Shown here: piece by piece, positions 27,442-37,692 of the stretch | Numbering within the stretch: the stretch's first letter is position 1 | Layout: every line of letters begins with the position of its first letter | Origin: Acidobacteriota bacterium | Lineage (GTDB): Bacteria > Acidobacteriota > UBA890 > WLXD01 | Assembly: GCA_965248695.1 (NCBI GenBank) | Contig: CBDFKD010000002.1 | Location: 928,001-992,000 of the forward strand | Length of the DNA: 64,000 bases | Direction: 5' to 3' | The notes under the pieces: model-generated | What the model was told of the DNA's origin: nothing | What the model saw: the letters and a program-made list of their open reading frames with translations, nothing else | The model's database searches: none | Program-made: the position numbers and the translations under genes

Positions 27442-29916
27442 GTGAAGGTCCTGTTCTCGCTGCGCCATTCGTTCGCCATACGAAACTTCGAACCCGTGTT
27501 GCGCGCGCTGGCTGAGCAAGGACACGAGGTACATCTGTCGTTTCTGTCGAGCGGCAAGGCCGGCGGCGATGCCCAGGCCCGGGCACTCGCCGATACGTCA
27601 CCGAACGTGACGTTTGACCGCGTCGCCGAACGCAAACAGCAGCGCTGGTTTCACTTCAGGCGCCGGCTGCGCTTGACGGTCGACAACCTCCGCTACCGGT
27701 TGCCGATGTACGCCGGCGCTTCGAAGCTGCGCCAGCGCGCGCGACGACGACTTCCCGCCTCGCTGCAGAGGACGATCGCTCGGAAGAGTCTCAGCCGGCC
27801 TTGGGTCAACCGGCTGGTAACCCACGCACTGCTTGTCGTCGAGCGGGCCGTTCCTACCGATAAAGCGATTCTCGCCGATGTCGAACGCCACGACCCCGAT
27901 CTGATCGTCGTCAGTCCGCTGGTCGATTTCGGCTCCGACCAAGTCGACTACATCAAAGCTGGGCGCGAGCTCGGAATCTCGACGGCGGTGGCCATCAACA
28001 GCTGGGACAACCTCAGCAACAAGGGCCTGATGCGCGTCATTCCCGACCACGTCTACGTCTGGAATGAAACCCAACTCCGAGAAGCAGTCGAGTACCATGC
28101 CGTGCCCGCCGACAGCGTCGAGATTACGGGAGCTCCGAACTACGACCGATGGTTCGGACGCCAACCGAGCGCGCCGGTCGAGGAATTCAAGCGGCGGGCG
28201 GGCCTCAGCCCCGAAGCACCCTACTTGCTCTACATATGTTCGTCGCCGTTCATCGCCGAGCGCGAACACGAGTTCGTCGAGCGCTGGATCGCCAAGGTCC
28301 GCTCGTCGGATGACCCGCGGCTACGGGGCGCAGGCATACTCGTGCGCCCCCACCCCGAGAACCGGCAGCCGTGGCGACGGCTGGAGAGTGCGCGACTTAC
28401 GAATGTCGCGGTGTGGCCCGCCGCGGGGGCCAATCCCGTTGATCGCGACAGCCAGGCTGACTACTTCGATTCGATGTACTACAGCGGCGCGGTCGTCGGG
28501 ATCAACAGCAGTGGCCTGATCGAGGCAGGGATTGTAGGACAGCGCGTACACACGATCCTGGACCCAGGCTTCACCCTGACGCAGGCTGGCACGATCCACT
28601 TCCACTACCTCGTGAGCGTGGGTGGCGGTCTGCTGCGAGTGGCGCGCGGGTGGCGCGAGCACCTGGAGCAGCTCGTCGAATCTCTTGAGGCTGGCGGTAC
28701 CGCCGAGGACGCCAACCGCGGGTTCGTCCAGGAGTTCGTGCGGCCGCAGGGGCTGGACAAACAAGCCACGATGATCATGGCGAACTCGTTGGTACGGGTC
28801 GGAAGCAGGCCGCGGCCCGCGCCGCGCCCGTCGAGCCTGCTGGAGCGCGGCCTTCGCCGGGTCGTGTCGCCCTATGCCGATCGCATTCAGGCGCACAGCG
28901 GCACGCGCGCGAGATCGGCGAAGCATCGCCTTGGTGATCAGGGCACCGTGCTGCAGACCCTCGAGTCTCTCTCGGGCACGGATGTGGAACGGATCATCCT
29001 CGGACCATGGGTCGGCGACATTCGCAGCGAGGTCCTCTATTGGATTCCGTTCCTTCGTGGGGCCGCCGAGAGCAACCGTTGGGACCGTGAGGAACTGTTG
29101 GCCGTGTCAAGAGGTGGGGCAGGAGTCTGGTATCAGGGATTGGCGTCCACGCGCGTCGAGATCCTGGACTATCTAGACGTTGATGAACTCGCCCGTGGAA
29201 CCAGCCCCGGCGCACCCAACGAACGCCGCGGGAGCCGCTCCGACCTGGACCGCCAGATACTGCGCATCGCCAAGCAGGATACCGGGGCCAAGCACGTGAA
29301 GTCCGTGCACCCGGCGCTGATGTACCGCCTCTTCGCCGCCGCCGAGAAGAAGCCTGCGGACCCAGAGAGATTTCGCGAGCTCGCTGTGTATCGACCGCTT
29401 CCCGAAGTCCCCGTATCCGGTCTGCTCAACGAGCTCCCTGACGACTATGTCGCGGTCAGCTTTTGTTTCAATCCGAGCTTTCCAGACACGGCCGAGAACC
29501 GGCGTTTCGTCGACTCCGTCGTCGAGCGCTTGAGCGCGCGCCTGGCGGTCGTTTTCCTGAGCCCTGACGGCACAGCCGACGGTGTTCACGAGCCCGGTCC
29601 TGGGGCCGGCGCCAGCGGTTACCGGATTCACAACCTGGTGGGCGCGAACCGGATGCTGGCCTTGCAATCCGAAGCGGTCGCAAAGGCGAGGGCATTCGTC
29701 GGCAACGATACCGGGCTCGCCTACGTGGCGCCGTTTCTCGACGTCGAAGCGGTGATCTTCCATTCCGACCCACTCGATGCCGGCGGTGCACACCTGGACT
29801 TCGCCGTTTCCGTGTTATCAGACACGGATGAGACGAGTTGTTTGACAGCCGTGCAGGCGAGCGAGACTGACCTTGTCGACCGCGCGCTCGCAAGGCTCGT
29901 AGGGGCTAGAACATAA
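27442..29916 (+). CDS. Two-domain putative glycosyltransferase (domain A + domain B), tandem paralog
   Basis: NSWDNLSNKG, VRPHPEN; IILGPWVGDIRSEVLYWIPF, AFVGNDTGLAY. Confidence 0.7.
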   Translation: MKVLFSLRHSFAIRNFEPVLRALAEQGHEVHLSFLSSGKAGGDAQARALADTSPNVTFDRVAERKQQRWFHFRRRLRLTVDNLRYRLPMYAGASKLRQRARRRLPASLQRTIARKSLSRPWVNRLVTHALLVVERAVPTDKAILADVERHDPDLIVVSPLVDFGSDQVDYIKAGRELGISTAVAINSWDNLSNKGLMRVIPDHVYVWNETQLREAVEYHAVPADSVEITGAPNYDRWFGRQPSAPVEEFKRRAGLSPEAPYLLYICSSPFIAEREHEFVERWIAKVRSSDDPRLRGAGILVRPHPENRQPWRRLESARLTNVAVWPAAGANPVDRDSQADYFDSMYYSGAVVGINSSGLIEAGIVGQRVHTILDPGFTLTQAGTIHFHYLVSVGGGLLRVARGWREHLEQLVESLEAGGTAEDANRGFVQEFVRPQGLDKQATMIMANSLVRVGSRPRPAPRPSSLLERGLRRVVSPYADRIQAHSGTRARSAKHRLGDQGTVLQTLESLSGTDVERIILGPWVGDIRSEVLYWIPFLRGAAESNRWDREELLAVSRGGAGVWYQGLASTRVEILDYLDVDELARGTSPGAPNERRGSRSDLDRQILRIAKQDTGAKHVKSVHPALMYRLFAAAEKKPADPERFRELAVYRPLPEVPVSGLLNELPDDYVAVSFCFNPSFPDTAENRRFVDSVVERLSARLAVVFLSPDGTADGVHEPGPGAGASGYRIHNLVGANRMLALQSEAVAKARAFVGNDTGLAYVAPFLDVEAVIFHSDPLDAGGAHLDFAVSVLSDTDETSCLTAVQASETDLVDRALARLVGART

Positions 29917-29921
29917 GCGCC

Positions 29922-30905
29922 ATGGACGTTGATTTTCGCCACTACCTCGCCGTGCTCGACAAAGTGCGACACATCCAGGAGCCTCCGACCGGAAGTCCGA
30001 CGGTGCCCGATTTCATGTTCGAGGCTTCGCCGGCGCAGGTGCAAACGCTTCGGCACCATTGCCACCACCTCACGGGCGTGTGCAAGGACGACTACGGTGA
30101 GAACCAAACCGAGGCGGGCGATCGCTTGAGGCACAAGCTCACGCGACTGATCAAACTCGGCGGCAAGGACATCCTGGTGCCCGAAGCGTCGGCAATGGGC
30201 GGCTTTGGCTTCCTCTTCGACGAGGAGCTGTACAACCTCGACACGCTGAAGTTCTACGAGGCGCTCATCGCGATGCGCCGGGGTGCCATCCTGGACGACT
30301 TCATGGGCTCCGACGAACGTCAGATCGTCGTTGAGATCGGGGCCGGATGGGGCGGATTTGCCTACCAGTTCAAGACCCTGTGCCCGAACAACACGTATGT
30401 GATTATCGATCGCCCGGAACGATTCCTGTTCTCCGCCGTGTACCTCATGAACCGCTTCCCGGAAGCGATCGTGCGGTTCGTCGAGAAGGAGTCGGATACC
30501 CCGGTCGAGGGCGAGTGGAAGAAGGTCGACTTTCTCTTTGTCCCGCACCGTCACTTTGAAGCATTGCGTCCCGAACGCTTGGATCTCATGATCAACCTGA
30601 CCTCGTTCGAGAGAATGCGAGCCTCGAAGGTGGCGGCCTACTTGCGTTGGGCGTTTGAGCTCGATTGTCCGCTCCTCTACAGCTTCAACCGCGACCGTCT
30701 CGCGGCTGACGACGAGGCGACCAGTCTCACCGATACCATCCGGCGGAAGTACTGGCCGCATGACATTCCTGTAATGCCGGTCGACTTCAACGAGATGCTC
30801 GACGGTCTGGTGCGCGGCAAGTCACTGCGCGCCCGTCTCGAGCGCCAGCAAGAGGGCCGGGGCGAGTACCGCCACATCATCGGTTGGCGCCGGTTGCTCA
30901 CGTAA
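29922..30905 (+). CDS. Putative sugar O-methyltransferase, paralog of the 20940 N-terminal domain
   Basis: LRHHCHHLTG, LYNLDTLKFYE, VEIGAGWGGFAYQFK, NLTSFERM. Confidence 0.75.
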   Translation: MDVDFRHYLAVLDKVRHIQEPPTGSPTVPDFMFEASPAQVQTLRHHCHHLTGVCKDDYGENQTEAGDRLRHKLTRLIKLGGKDILVPEASAMGGFGFLFDEELYNLDTLKFYEALIAMRRGAILDDFMGSDERQIVVEIGAGWGGFAYQFKTLCPNNTYVIIDRPERFLFSAVYLMNRFPEAIVRFVEKESDTPVEGEWKKVDFLFVPHRHFEALRPERLDLMINLTSFERMRASKVAAYLRWAFELDCPLLYSFNRDRLAADDEATSLTDTIRRKYWPHDIPVMPVDFNEMLDGLVRGKSLRARLERQQEGRGEYRHIIGWRRLLT

Positions 30906-30995
30906 CAACGGCCCGCCGCTACCGTACTCACGTGCGACGCCCCGGGGACAAGAGGTTCTGCAGGGTGGGTTAATCTAGCTATCGACTCCAGGAGC

Positions 30996-33644
30996 GTGCC
31001 GGAGACGATTTCGGCGCGACGGAGCTTTGGGACAACAACCCTCCGCCACCCGGTGCAGGTTCGATTTGAGCCCTTCGCGTACGCGCCGTCCTTTGCCTCT
31101 CCTGATACAGCCCGCGCGACGGACTCGCGGGCCCTCGTGAGCTCCGTTCGGGTGTTCTCGGCGGCGCTGACCGATCGCATTCCTTCAGGCTGGAGTACCG
31201 CCGCAGGGGCCGGTGTCGCTGTCGCCCTTGTCAGCTTCCTCGCGGCAACGCTGCTGCTTCCTTCGGGCCCCTTGGTCAACGTCCGGTGGGTCGATGGCAT
31301 CAGCCAAGAGGAGCGCTCAGCGGCGATCCGAGATCTTGGCTTGGAGGCTGGTGAGCAGCTCGAAGGGACAACCTGGCAGTATGAGCTCCCCGATCCTACG
31401 CGGGAGCGTCTGACGGCGCTCGTGCGACACCCGTCGGTTGACGACACCCACAGATTCGACCTCGGCCCCCCTCTGATCCCGCCTGTCCAGCCGCTCCGCC
31501 CGGGGGTCGTTGCCCTGCTAATCGGTCTCGCCACCTCGGCGGTATGGCGAGCGGCGCCGGTCGTGTGGGTAGCCGTCGCTTGGGCGACTCACCGAGCAAT
31601 CACTCAGTGGACCCCGGCTCTCAGAAGTAGCCTGGCGCGACGCAATCAGACGACTCTGTTTGCCGGGTCACTCGTCATCCTGGCCGCAGCAGTGCACGGA
31701 CCCTATCTATCGGGTCTCGGGTTCTACTGGGACGAATGGCCGCTGGTGATGAACGGTATGCGGGAGGGAGGTCAGGCAATCGCGATGAGCCGCGGCGGTG
31801 CGCACCCGCTGGCCTTCCAAGTGTGGGGGTTGGCCTACGGGCTCTTCGGTCCAACGCCGTGGCCATACCATCTTTGGGTATTCCTGGCGCGGCTCGTACT
31901 GGCGCTGGGCGTGGCCTGGACCGCGGCCTGTCTGTGGCCGCGTTCTTCATTGGTCTTCGCTAGCGCCGCGCTCGCTCTGGTCTATCCGGGCTTTCTCCAT
32001 GTCCAGTTCGGATTCCTGTACGTCGTGGGCATGTCTTTCGCGGCGATCCACACGGTCTCCTTGGGCGCCTCTCTAGCGGCGCACAACGCGTCGAGCAAGG
32101 GTCGGGCAGTGGCGCTGAGCGCCACGTCCGTCGTGATGGCGGCGGTTACGGGTTTCGGACTGTTTCCTTACCTGACTCTGGCAGAAGTCTACCGCCTTGC
32201 TTTGATGTTCCATCAGCAACGACAGTCCCGCGCCCGGTCGTTCAAGGAGGACTTGAGGGCAACCCTGATTCGATGGACGCCCTATGGTGCGATCACCGCG
32301 TCTCTGTTCGTCTGGGCCACTTTCCTGAGGCCCGTCTATCATCCTGAGCGCGAAGTCCAGGCGATCCTCGCCGCCGGGCTCCGGGCTCCGGGCGAGATGG
32401 CGATGTCCATTGCTTACCGGGCGTTTACCTCGCTCTGGACGCTGGCCGTCGGCGCCTGGACGGAGACCACGACCTTTGCTTTCGCTGGCTCGACCGGCTC
32501 CGGGTCGGCGTGGGGAGCGATCGCCGGGTTTGGCGTTGCGTTCACCATCGTGTTCTGGACCGCGTCTGCGGTACGTCACGATGTGGATCGGCGCACCGCC
32601 CGTGACGACAAGGCGCACGGAGGTGCCGTCCTCGTGGGTCTCGTTGGTCTGGTCGCGGCGTTGCTGCCAATCGTGCTGGCTGGCCTCCATATCGACCTCG
32701 GGAGCACCGGCCTGGATCGCTACAGTCTGGTGGCCATCGGAGCCAGCGGCATTTTCACTGCAGGATGCTTGCACAGCCTTGTGGCTCGTAGGGCTCGTGT
32801 GCTGATCCTCGCGTTCATGGTGGCCGTCGCCGCGTTTCCGCATCATTCCATGGCCGCTGACTATCGCGAGAGCTGGTCGGCCCTCAGGGGCTTCGTCTGG
32901 CAAACTGCCTGGAGGGTCCCTGATCTGGCCGGCACGATGCTGGTTCAGCGACTGCCTCTTGGCCTATCCGGCCGGCATGAGATCCCGTCCCAGGCGATCG
33001 ACAAGCTCCGAGCTCCTCTGCGAGCGCGCTATCCGGCACTCCAGGACGTCTTCATGGTCGGCAACTCGTCCGACGAGGGGCGCCTGCGGGATGCGCTCCA
33101 GACCTTGACCCCACAACAGGCTCGTCAGAACGTGCTGATCCTCTCTCAGGCAGCGCCCGGCCATTGCGTCCAGGCGCTGTCAGGTCGGACGACCGATCAG
33201 CGACCTCTTGACGGACAACTGACCCGCCGTATTGGAAGCGTCTATTCGAACCCGCACCTGATCGCCCAACCGGATTCCGTGGCCTTACCGGAACCCGTCG
33301 CGGTGTTCGGACCTGAGCCGGACCACGGTTTTTGCTATCAGTTCCAAATGGCCTCCGCTGCCATCCAACGCGAGGACTGGGGAGCTGCCGTCGGCCATTG
33401 GGAAGAGGTGCAACGAAAGGACCTCATACCCGCGACACCGATCGAGTGGATGCCGTTCGCGGACGCGCTGCTGATGATGGGGCAGCGCGCCGATGCTCAA
33501 CGTTTGATCGCCCGTATACGCGCCGCTCCTGAAGGCTCCGCGGCCTGGTGTCGCTACGTCGGCGAGATGCGTCGCCGCCGCGAACGCCCGTCTGCTCTCA
33601 ATTCGAGTGTTGTAGGCTGCCGCCCGGCCAGGTCATCCGAGTAA
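30996..33644 (+). CDS. Polytopic membrane protein, GT-C-like, with a C-terminal periplasmic region; start uncertain
   Basis: GFYWDEW after an early TM helix, HPL, PWPYH, LVYPGF, DRY; many TM helices. Confidence 0.62.
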   Translation: MPETISARRSFGTTTLRHPVQVRFEPFAYAPSFASPDTARATDSRALVSSVRVFSAALTDRIPSGWSTAAGAGVAVALVSFLAATLLLPSGPLVNVRWVDGISQEERSAAIRDLGLEAGEQLEGTTWQYELPDPTRERLTALVRHPSVDDTHRFDLGPPLIPPVQPLRPGVVALLIGLATSAVWRAAPVVWVAVAWATHRAITQWTPALRSSLARRNQTTLFAGSLVILAAAVHGPYLSGLGFYWDEWPLVMNGMREGGQAIAMSRGGAHPLAFQVWGLAYGLFGPTPWPYHLWVFLARLVLALGVAWTAACLWPRSSLVFASAALALVYPGFLHVQFGFLYVVGMSFAAIHTVSLGASLAAHNASSKGRAVALSATSVVMAAVTGFGLFPYLTLAEVYRLALMFHQQRQSRARSFKEDLRATLIRWTPYGAITASLFVWATFLRPVYHPEREVQAILAAGLRAPGEMAMSIAYRAFTSLWTLAVGAWTETTTFAFAGSTGSGSAWGAIAGFGVAFTIVFWTASAVRHDVDRRTARDDKAHGGAVLVGLVGLVAALLPIVLAGLHIDLGSTGLDRYSLVAIGASGIFTAGCLHSLVARRARVLILAFMVAVAAFPHHSMAADYRESWSALRGFVWQTAWRVPDLAGTMLVQRLPLGLSGRHEIPSQAIDKLRAPLRARYPALQDVFMVGNSSDEGRLRDALQTLTPQQARQNVLILSQAAPGHCVQALSGRTTDQRPLDGQLTRRIGSVYSNPHLIAQPDSVALPEPVAVFGPEPDHGFCYQFQMASAAIQREDWGAAVGHWEEVQRKDLIPATPIEWMPFADALLMMGQRADAQRLIARIRAAPEGSAAWCRYVGEMRRRRERPSALNSSVVGCRPARSSE

Positions 33645-33747
33645 GAGGGACTCCACACTGGTACCGGCTTGCGCGTGCTCGAATCCGCTGCCTCCCTCGG
33701 CTATCGTTGCGTGGGCGTGGCAGATAGACCCAGGGAAGGCTTCTGGA

Positions 33748-34236
33748 ATGCCGATAGCGGAGGATGTCGTACTCGGGTCCGAGGTGACCATTCACCAACG
33801 CGACCTCGTGAACCTCTACGGTTGCTCGATCGGCGATCACACGACGATCGGGGCCTTCGTGGAGATTCAGAAGAATGCCCGGATCGGCAATCGATGCAAG
33901 ATCTCCTCACACACGTTCATCTGTGAGGGGGTGACGATCGAGGACCGCGTCTTCGTGGGGCACGGCGTCGTGTTCATCAACGACCTCTATCCGCGGGCGA
34001 CGACAGAGGGTGGCGAGTTGCAGCGCGAGGCCGATTGGGAGGTCGTTGCAACCGCGGTGCGCGAAGGGGCTTCGATCGGCAGCAATGCTACGATCATGGG
34101 CGGCATCGAGATCGGCGCGGGCGCCTTGGTCGGCGCCGGGGCGGTGGTCACGCGAGACGTTCCCCCGGGCGCCGTCGTCGCTGGGGTACCGGCCAGCCAG
34201 CATGCGGATCGTAGTGGCTTGCCGCGTAGATCGTGA
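33748..34236 (+). CDS. Hexapeptide-repeat N-acetyltransferase (WbpD-like)
   Basis: VNLYGCSIG, IGAFVEIQ, CKISSHTFICEGV, FINDLYPRA, VGAGAVVTRDV. Confidence 0.88.
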   Translation: MPIAEDVVLGSEVTIHQRDLVNLYGCSIGDHTTIGAFVEIQKNARIGNRCKISSHTFICEGVTIEDRVFVGHGVVFINDLYPRATTEGGELQREADWEVVATAVREGASIGSNATIMGGIEIGAGALVGAGAVVTRDVPPGAVVAGVPASQHADRSGLPRRS

Positions 34237-34272
34237 TGGGTCGCTGGACCCAGCCACCCGAGAGGACGGCGA

Positions 34273-35286
34273 GTGATCAGGATCGGAGTCATCGGGTACG
34301 GCTATTGGGGCCCCAACCTGGTCCGTAACTTCGCAGAGTCGCCCCACAGCAACGTCGTTCGGATATGTGACCGGGACGAGGCTCGACGACAGCGTGCGCA
34401 GGCCCGCTACCCGGCTGCGGCGGTAGCCGCCGATCCCTCCGAAATGATCGCCTGCGCCGACATCGACGCCGTGGTCATAGCGACTCCGGTATCCACTCAC
34501 TTCTCTCTGGCGATGGAAGCGCTCGACGCCGGCAAACACGTGCTGGTAGAGAAGCCTCTCGCCGAGACTCCGGAGCAATGCCGCAAGCTCATCGACGAGG
34601 CCGAGTCACGCGGCACATGTCTTATGGTCGATCACACATTCGCCTACACCGGCGCTGTGCAGAAGCTCCGCCAGCTGATCGATGACGGCGCGATCGGCAC
34701 AATCCACTATTACGACTCCGTGCGCGTAAATCTCGGCCTGTTCCAACACGACGTCAGCGTCATCTGGGATCTCGCCGTGCACGATCTGGCGATCATGGAC
34801 TTCCTGTTCGACGAGCAGCCGATCGCGGTGTCGGCCACCGGCATGGCCCATATCGAAGGGCAAGCGGAGAACGTCGCGTACATCACCTGCTTTTTCGAGA
34901 GCAGTGCCATCGCGCACATTCACGTGAACTGGCTCGCGCCCGTGAAGATCCGCCGAACCCTGCTGGGCGGTAGCAACAGCATGGTGGTCTACGACGACTT
35001 GGAACCGACCGAGAAGATCAAGATCTACGAGAAAGGCGTCACGCTGGAACGCGACCCGGTGGCGATCCAGCAAATGCGCGTTGGCTACCGGATCGGCGAC
35101 ATGGTGGCTCCGCGCCTCGATCACCGTGAGGCCCTCGCCTGCATGGCGGATCACTTCATGGATTGCATCGGCGGCAAGCTGCAGCCGCGCACCGATGGGA
35201 AGGCCGGCTTGCGTGTGGTACAGACCTTGGCGGCGGCGACCGAGTCGATGGCCCTACGCGGTGTGCCATTGCCAATCGAGGTCTGA
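34273..35286 (+). CDS. Gfo/Idh/MocA oxidoreductase (sugar-nucleotide 3-dehydrogenase, WbpB-like)
   Basis: IGYGYWGPNL, HVLVEKP, DLAVHD. Confidence 0.88.
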   Translation: MIRIGVIGYGYWGPNLVRNFAESPHSNVVRICDRDEARRQRAQARYPAAAVAADPSEMIACADIDAVVIATPVSTHFSLAMEALDAGKHVLVEKPLAETPEQCRKLIDEAESRGTCLMVDHTFAYTGAVQKLRQLIDDGAIGTIHYYDSVRVNLGLFQHDVSVIWDLAVHDLAIMDFLFDEQPIAVSATGMAHIEGQAENVAYITCFFESSAIAHIHVNWLAPVKIRRTLLGGSNSMVVYDDLEPTEKIKIYEKGVTLERDPVAIQQMRVGYRIGDMVAPRLDHREALACMADHFMDCIGGKLQPRTDGKAGLRVVQTLAAATESMALRGVPLPIEV

Positions 35287-35287
35287 G

Positions 35288-36397
35288 TTGAGGGTGCCGT
35301 TCATCGACCTCGAAGCGCAGCACAGCGCGCTGCACGGAGAGCTGGCAGCGGCAATCGATGCCGTCATGTCGACGGGCCAGTTCATCCTCGGGCCCGCTGT
35401 CGAACGGTTCGAGGCGGATTTCGCCAGGACGGTTGGTACCCGCTTCGCGATTGGGCTGAATTCGGGAACCAGCGCCCTGCACCTGGCCTTGCTGGCGCTC
35501 GATGTCGGGCCGGGAGACGAGGTCATCTCGCCGGCCATGACCTTTGTGGCCACACAAGCCGCGGTCCGCTACTGCGGCGCCCGGCCGGTGATCGTCGACA
35601 TTGCCCCGGACACTTTGACGATGGACCCGGCGTCGGTTGCTGCCGCGATCACGCCGCGAACCAAAGCGATCATGCCGGTTCATCTCTACGGCCAGACGGC
35701 CCCAATGGACCCAATTCTGGAGCTAGCGCAGCGACACGGCCTGGCGGTAATCGAAGACGCGGCCCAGGCAATTTTGGCCGAGGATCGAGGTCGGCTCGCT
35801 GGAGGGATAGGCAATATCGCCGCTTTCAGCTTCTACCCCAGCAAGAACCTCGGCGCCTGCGGCGAGGCAGGCGCGGTGACCACCGACGACGAGTACCTGG
35901 CCAGCAAAGGTCGATCGCTGCGTGACTGGGGGCAGAGTGCGAAGGGCGTTCATGAGCACCTCGGGTACAACTACCGAATGCCAGGGATTCAGGGTGCGAC
36001 GCTCGAGGTGAAACTCGGGCATCTGGCCCGCTGGACCGCTGAGAGACGCGTCGTCGCCAAGCTCTATCGAGAGCAATTAGGCAACTTGCCCGATATCCTC
36101 TTGCCGGAGGAGCGTCCAGAGAGCAGGCACGTGTACCACGTGTACGCTGCACAGGTAAAAGGACGCGACGAGTTGCACCGCCGTCTTGGGGAGTACGGCA
36201 TCTCTGCGGGGATCCACTATCCCCTGCCGGTTCACTTGCAGCCGTGTTTTTCCGATCTCGGGTACGTGGAAGGGGACTTCCCGAATGCCGAGCGACTAGC
36301 CAAGCGTGAGATCTCGTTGCCGATGTTCCCCGAGATGACAGCTGCGCAGGTGGAATTAGTCGGGACACGCATCGAGGAGTTCATCGACCATCGCTGA
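35288..36397 (+). CDS. DegT/DnrJ/EryC1/StrS aminotransferase (WbpE-like); start at 35288 or 35294
   Basis: VPFIDL, NSGTSAL, MPVHLYGQ, IEDAAQA, SFYPSKNLG, GYNYRM. Confidence 0.92.
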   Translation: MRVPFIDLEAQHSALHGELAAAIDAVMSTGQFILGPAVERFEADFARTVGTRFAIGLNSGTSALHLALLALDVGPGDEVISPAMTFVATQAAVRYCGARPVIVDIAPDTLTMDPASVAAAITPRTKAIMPVHLYGQTAPMDPILELAQRHGLAVIEDAAQAILAEDRGRLAGGIGNIAAFSFYPSKNLGACGEAGAVTTDDEYLASKGRSLRDWGQSAKGVHEHLGYNYRMPGIQGATLEVKLGHLARWTAERRVVAKLYREQLGNLPDILLPEERPESRHVYHVYAAQVKGRDELHRRLGEYGISAGIHYPLPVHLQPCFSDLGYVEGDFPNAERLAKREISLPMFPEMTAAQVELVGTRIEEFIDHR

Positions 36398-36434
36398 CCA
36401 TCCGCACGTTGACAGCTAACGCGTTTCTGCAGGC

Positions 36435-36663
36435 ATGGCAAAAGAAACATCAGAAATCCGCGAACACTGGGACAGGCACGCCGGCCGCGACGTTGACTCG
36501 AGCCCGGTCACTCACGCGGATCGGTCGTCGCGGATGGTCGTGCGGCTGGTACTGGGTAGGCCCCATGTTGATGATGGGAATCCTCGGCGAGTACCTGTGG
36601 CGTGCGTTGCACGAGGCCCGACGACGACCACGCTATCTGATCGAAGACGAGACCGGCGACTAG
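36435..36663 (+). pseudogene. Gene remnant ending in the C-terminus of an ArnC/GtrB-like polyprenol-phosphate GT2
   Basis: MLMMGILGEYLWRALHEARRRPRYLIED is the typical ArnC/GtrB C-terminal signature; no catalytic domain precedes it. Confidence 0.7.
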
Positions 36664-36664
36664 C

Positions 36665-37675
36665 ATGATCAGCGGCGCACGTGTCCTTGTCACCGGTGGC
36701 GCCGGGTTTATCGGCTCCGAGCTTGCACGTCAGCTCGAGGCAGCGGGGGCCGAGGTCCGGGTGTTGGACAATCTGGTCAACGGCAAGCGTGAAAACCTCG
36801 AGGACGCTCTCGGCTCGAGTGCGTGTCTGGAGGAAGCCGACATCCGCGATCGGGAGCGCGTGGCGGAGCTCCTTCGCGGAACCGATATCGTTCTCCACCT
36901 CGCTTGCCTCGGGGTGCGTCACTCGATCCACTCCCCGCGCGAGAACCACGAGGTCAACGCGACGGCGACACTGCAACTGCTCGAGGAAAGCAGACGGGCG
37001 GAAGTCGGTCGGTTTGTTTACGTATCGAGCTCCGAGGTCTACGGGACTGCAAGGACAGTCCCAATGGACGAGGATCATCCGACATACCCATGCACGGTCT
37101 ATGGCGCATCCAAGCTCGCCGGTGAATGCTACGCCCGTGCGTATCACCAGACCTACGGCTTTCCGACCGTCATCATCCGACCGTTCAACAGCTTCGGACC
37201 ACGCTCGCACCACGAAGGTGACAGTGGCGAAGTCATTCCCAAGTTCATGCTTCGGTGCATTGCGGAAAGACCAATGGTCGTATTCGGAGACGGCACGCAG
37301 ACGCGCGACTTCACGTACGTGTCCGACACGGCGTGCGCTATCGTCGCCGCAGCGACGAAGGATTCGTGTATCGGCCACACACTCAACATCGGTAGCGGTC
37401 GCGAGGTCCAGATCGGCGAGCTGGCCGCCATGGTCAAGGAAGTCACCGGCAGACCCGAAGCGAGGATCGAGCAGGTGGAGGCTCGTCCGGGAGACGTGCG
37501 TCGTCTCTATGCGGACTCCTCCCGCGCCGCTGCGTTGCTCGGGTTCGCGCCCACGGTCTCGCTTCGCGAGGGGCTCACCAAGCTCCGCAACTGGTACGAG
37601 CAGTCAGGTCGTTCGGCAGACGAGCTGTTGAAGGACGAGACGACACGGAACTGGCTCCCAGAGGTCTCTGCCTGA
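36665..37675 (+). CDS. NAD-dependent nucleotide-sugar epimerase/dehydratase
   Basis: TGGAGFIG, SSSEVYG, YGASK, RPFNSFGPR, GDGTQTRDFTYV. Confidence 0.92.
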   Translation: MISGARVLVTGGAGFIGSELARQLEAAGAEVRVLDNLVNGKRENLEDALGSSACLEEADIRDRERVAELLRGTDIVLHLACLGVRHSIHSPRENHEVNATATLQLLEESRRAEVGRFVYVSSSEVYGTARTVPMDEDHPTYPCTVYGASKLAGECYARAYHQTYGFPTVIIRPFNSFGPRSHHEGDSGEVIPKFMLRCIAERPMVVFGDGTQTRDFTYVSDTACAIVAAATKDSCIGHTLNIGSGREVQIGELAAMVKEVTGRPEARIEQVEARPGDVRRLYADSSRAAALLGFAPTVSLREGLTKLRNWYEQSGRSADELLKDETTRNWLPEVSA

Positions 37676-37692
37676 GACGCACCGGAGACGTT

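Noticed and set aside
33659-33672. TGGTACCGGCTTGC as a sigma-54 promoter
   Set aside because: GG-GC spacing is 9 nt rather than the required 10. TGGCACG at 16672 also lacks a correctly spaced GC.
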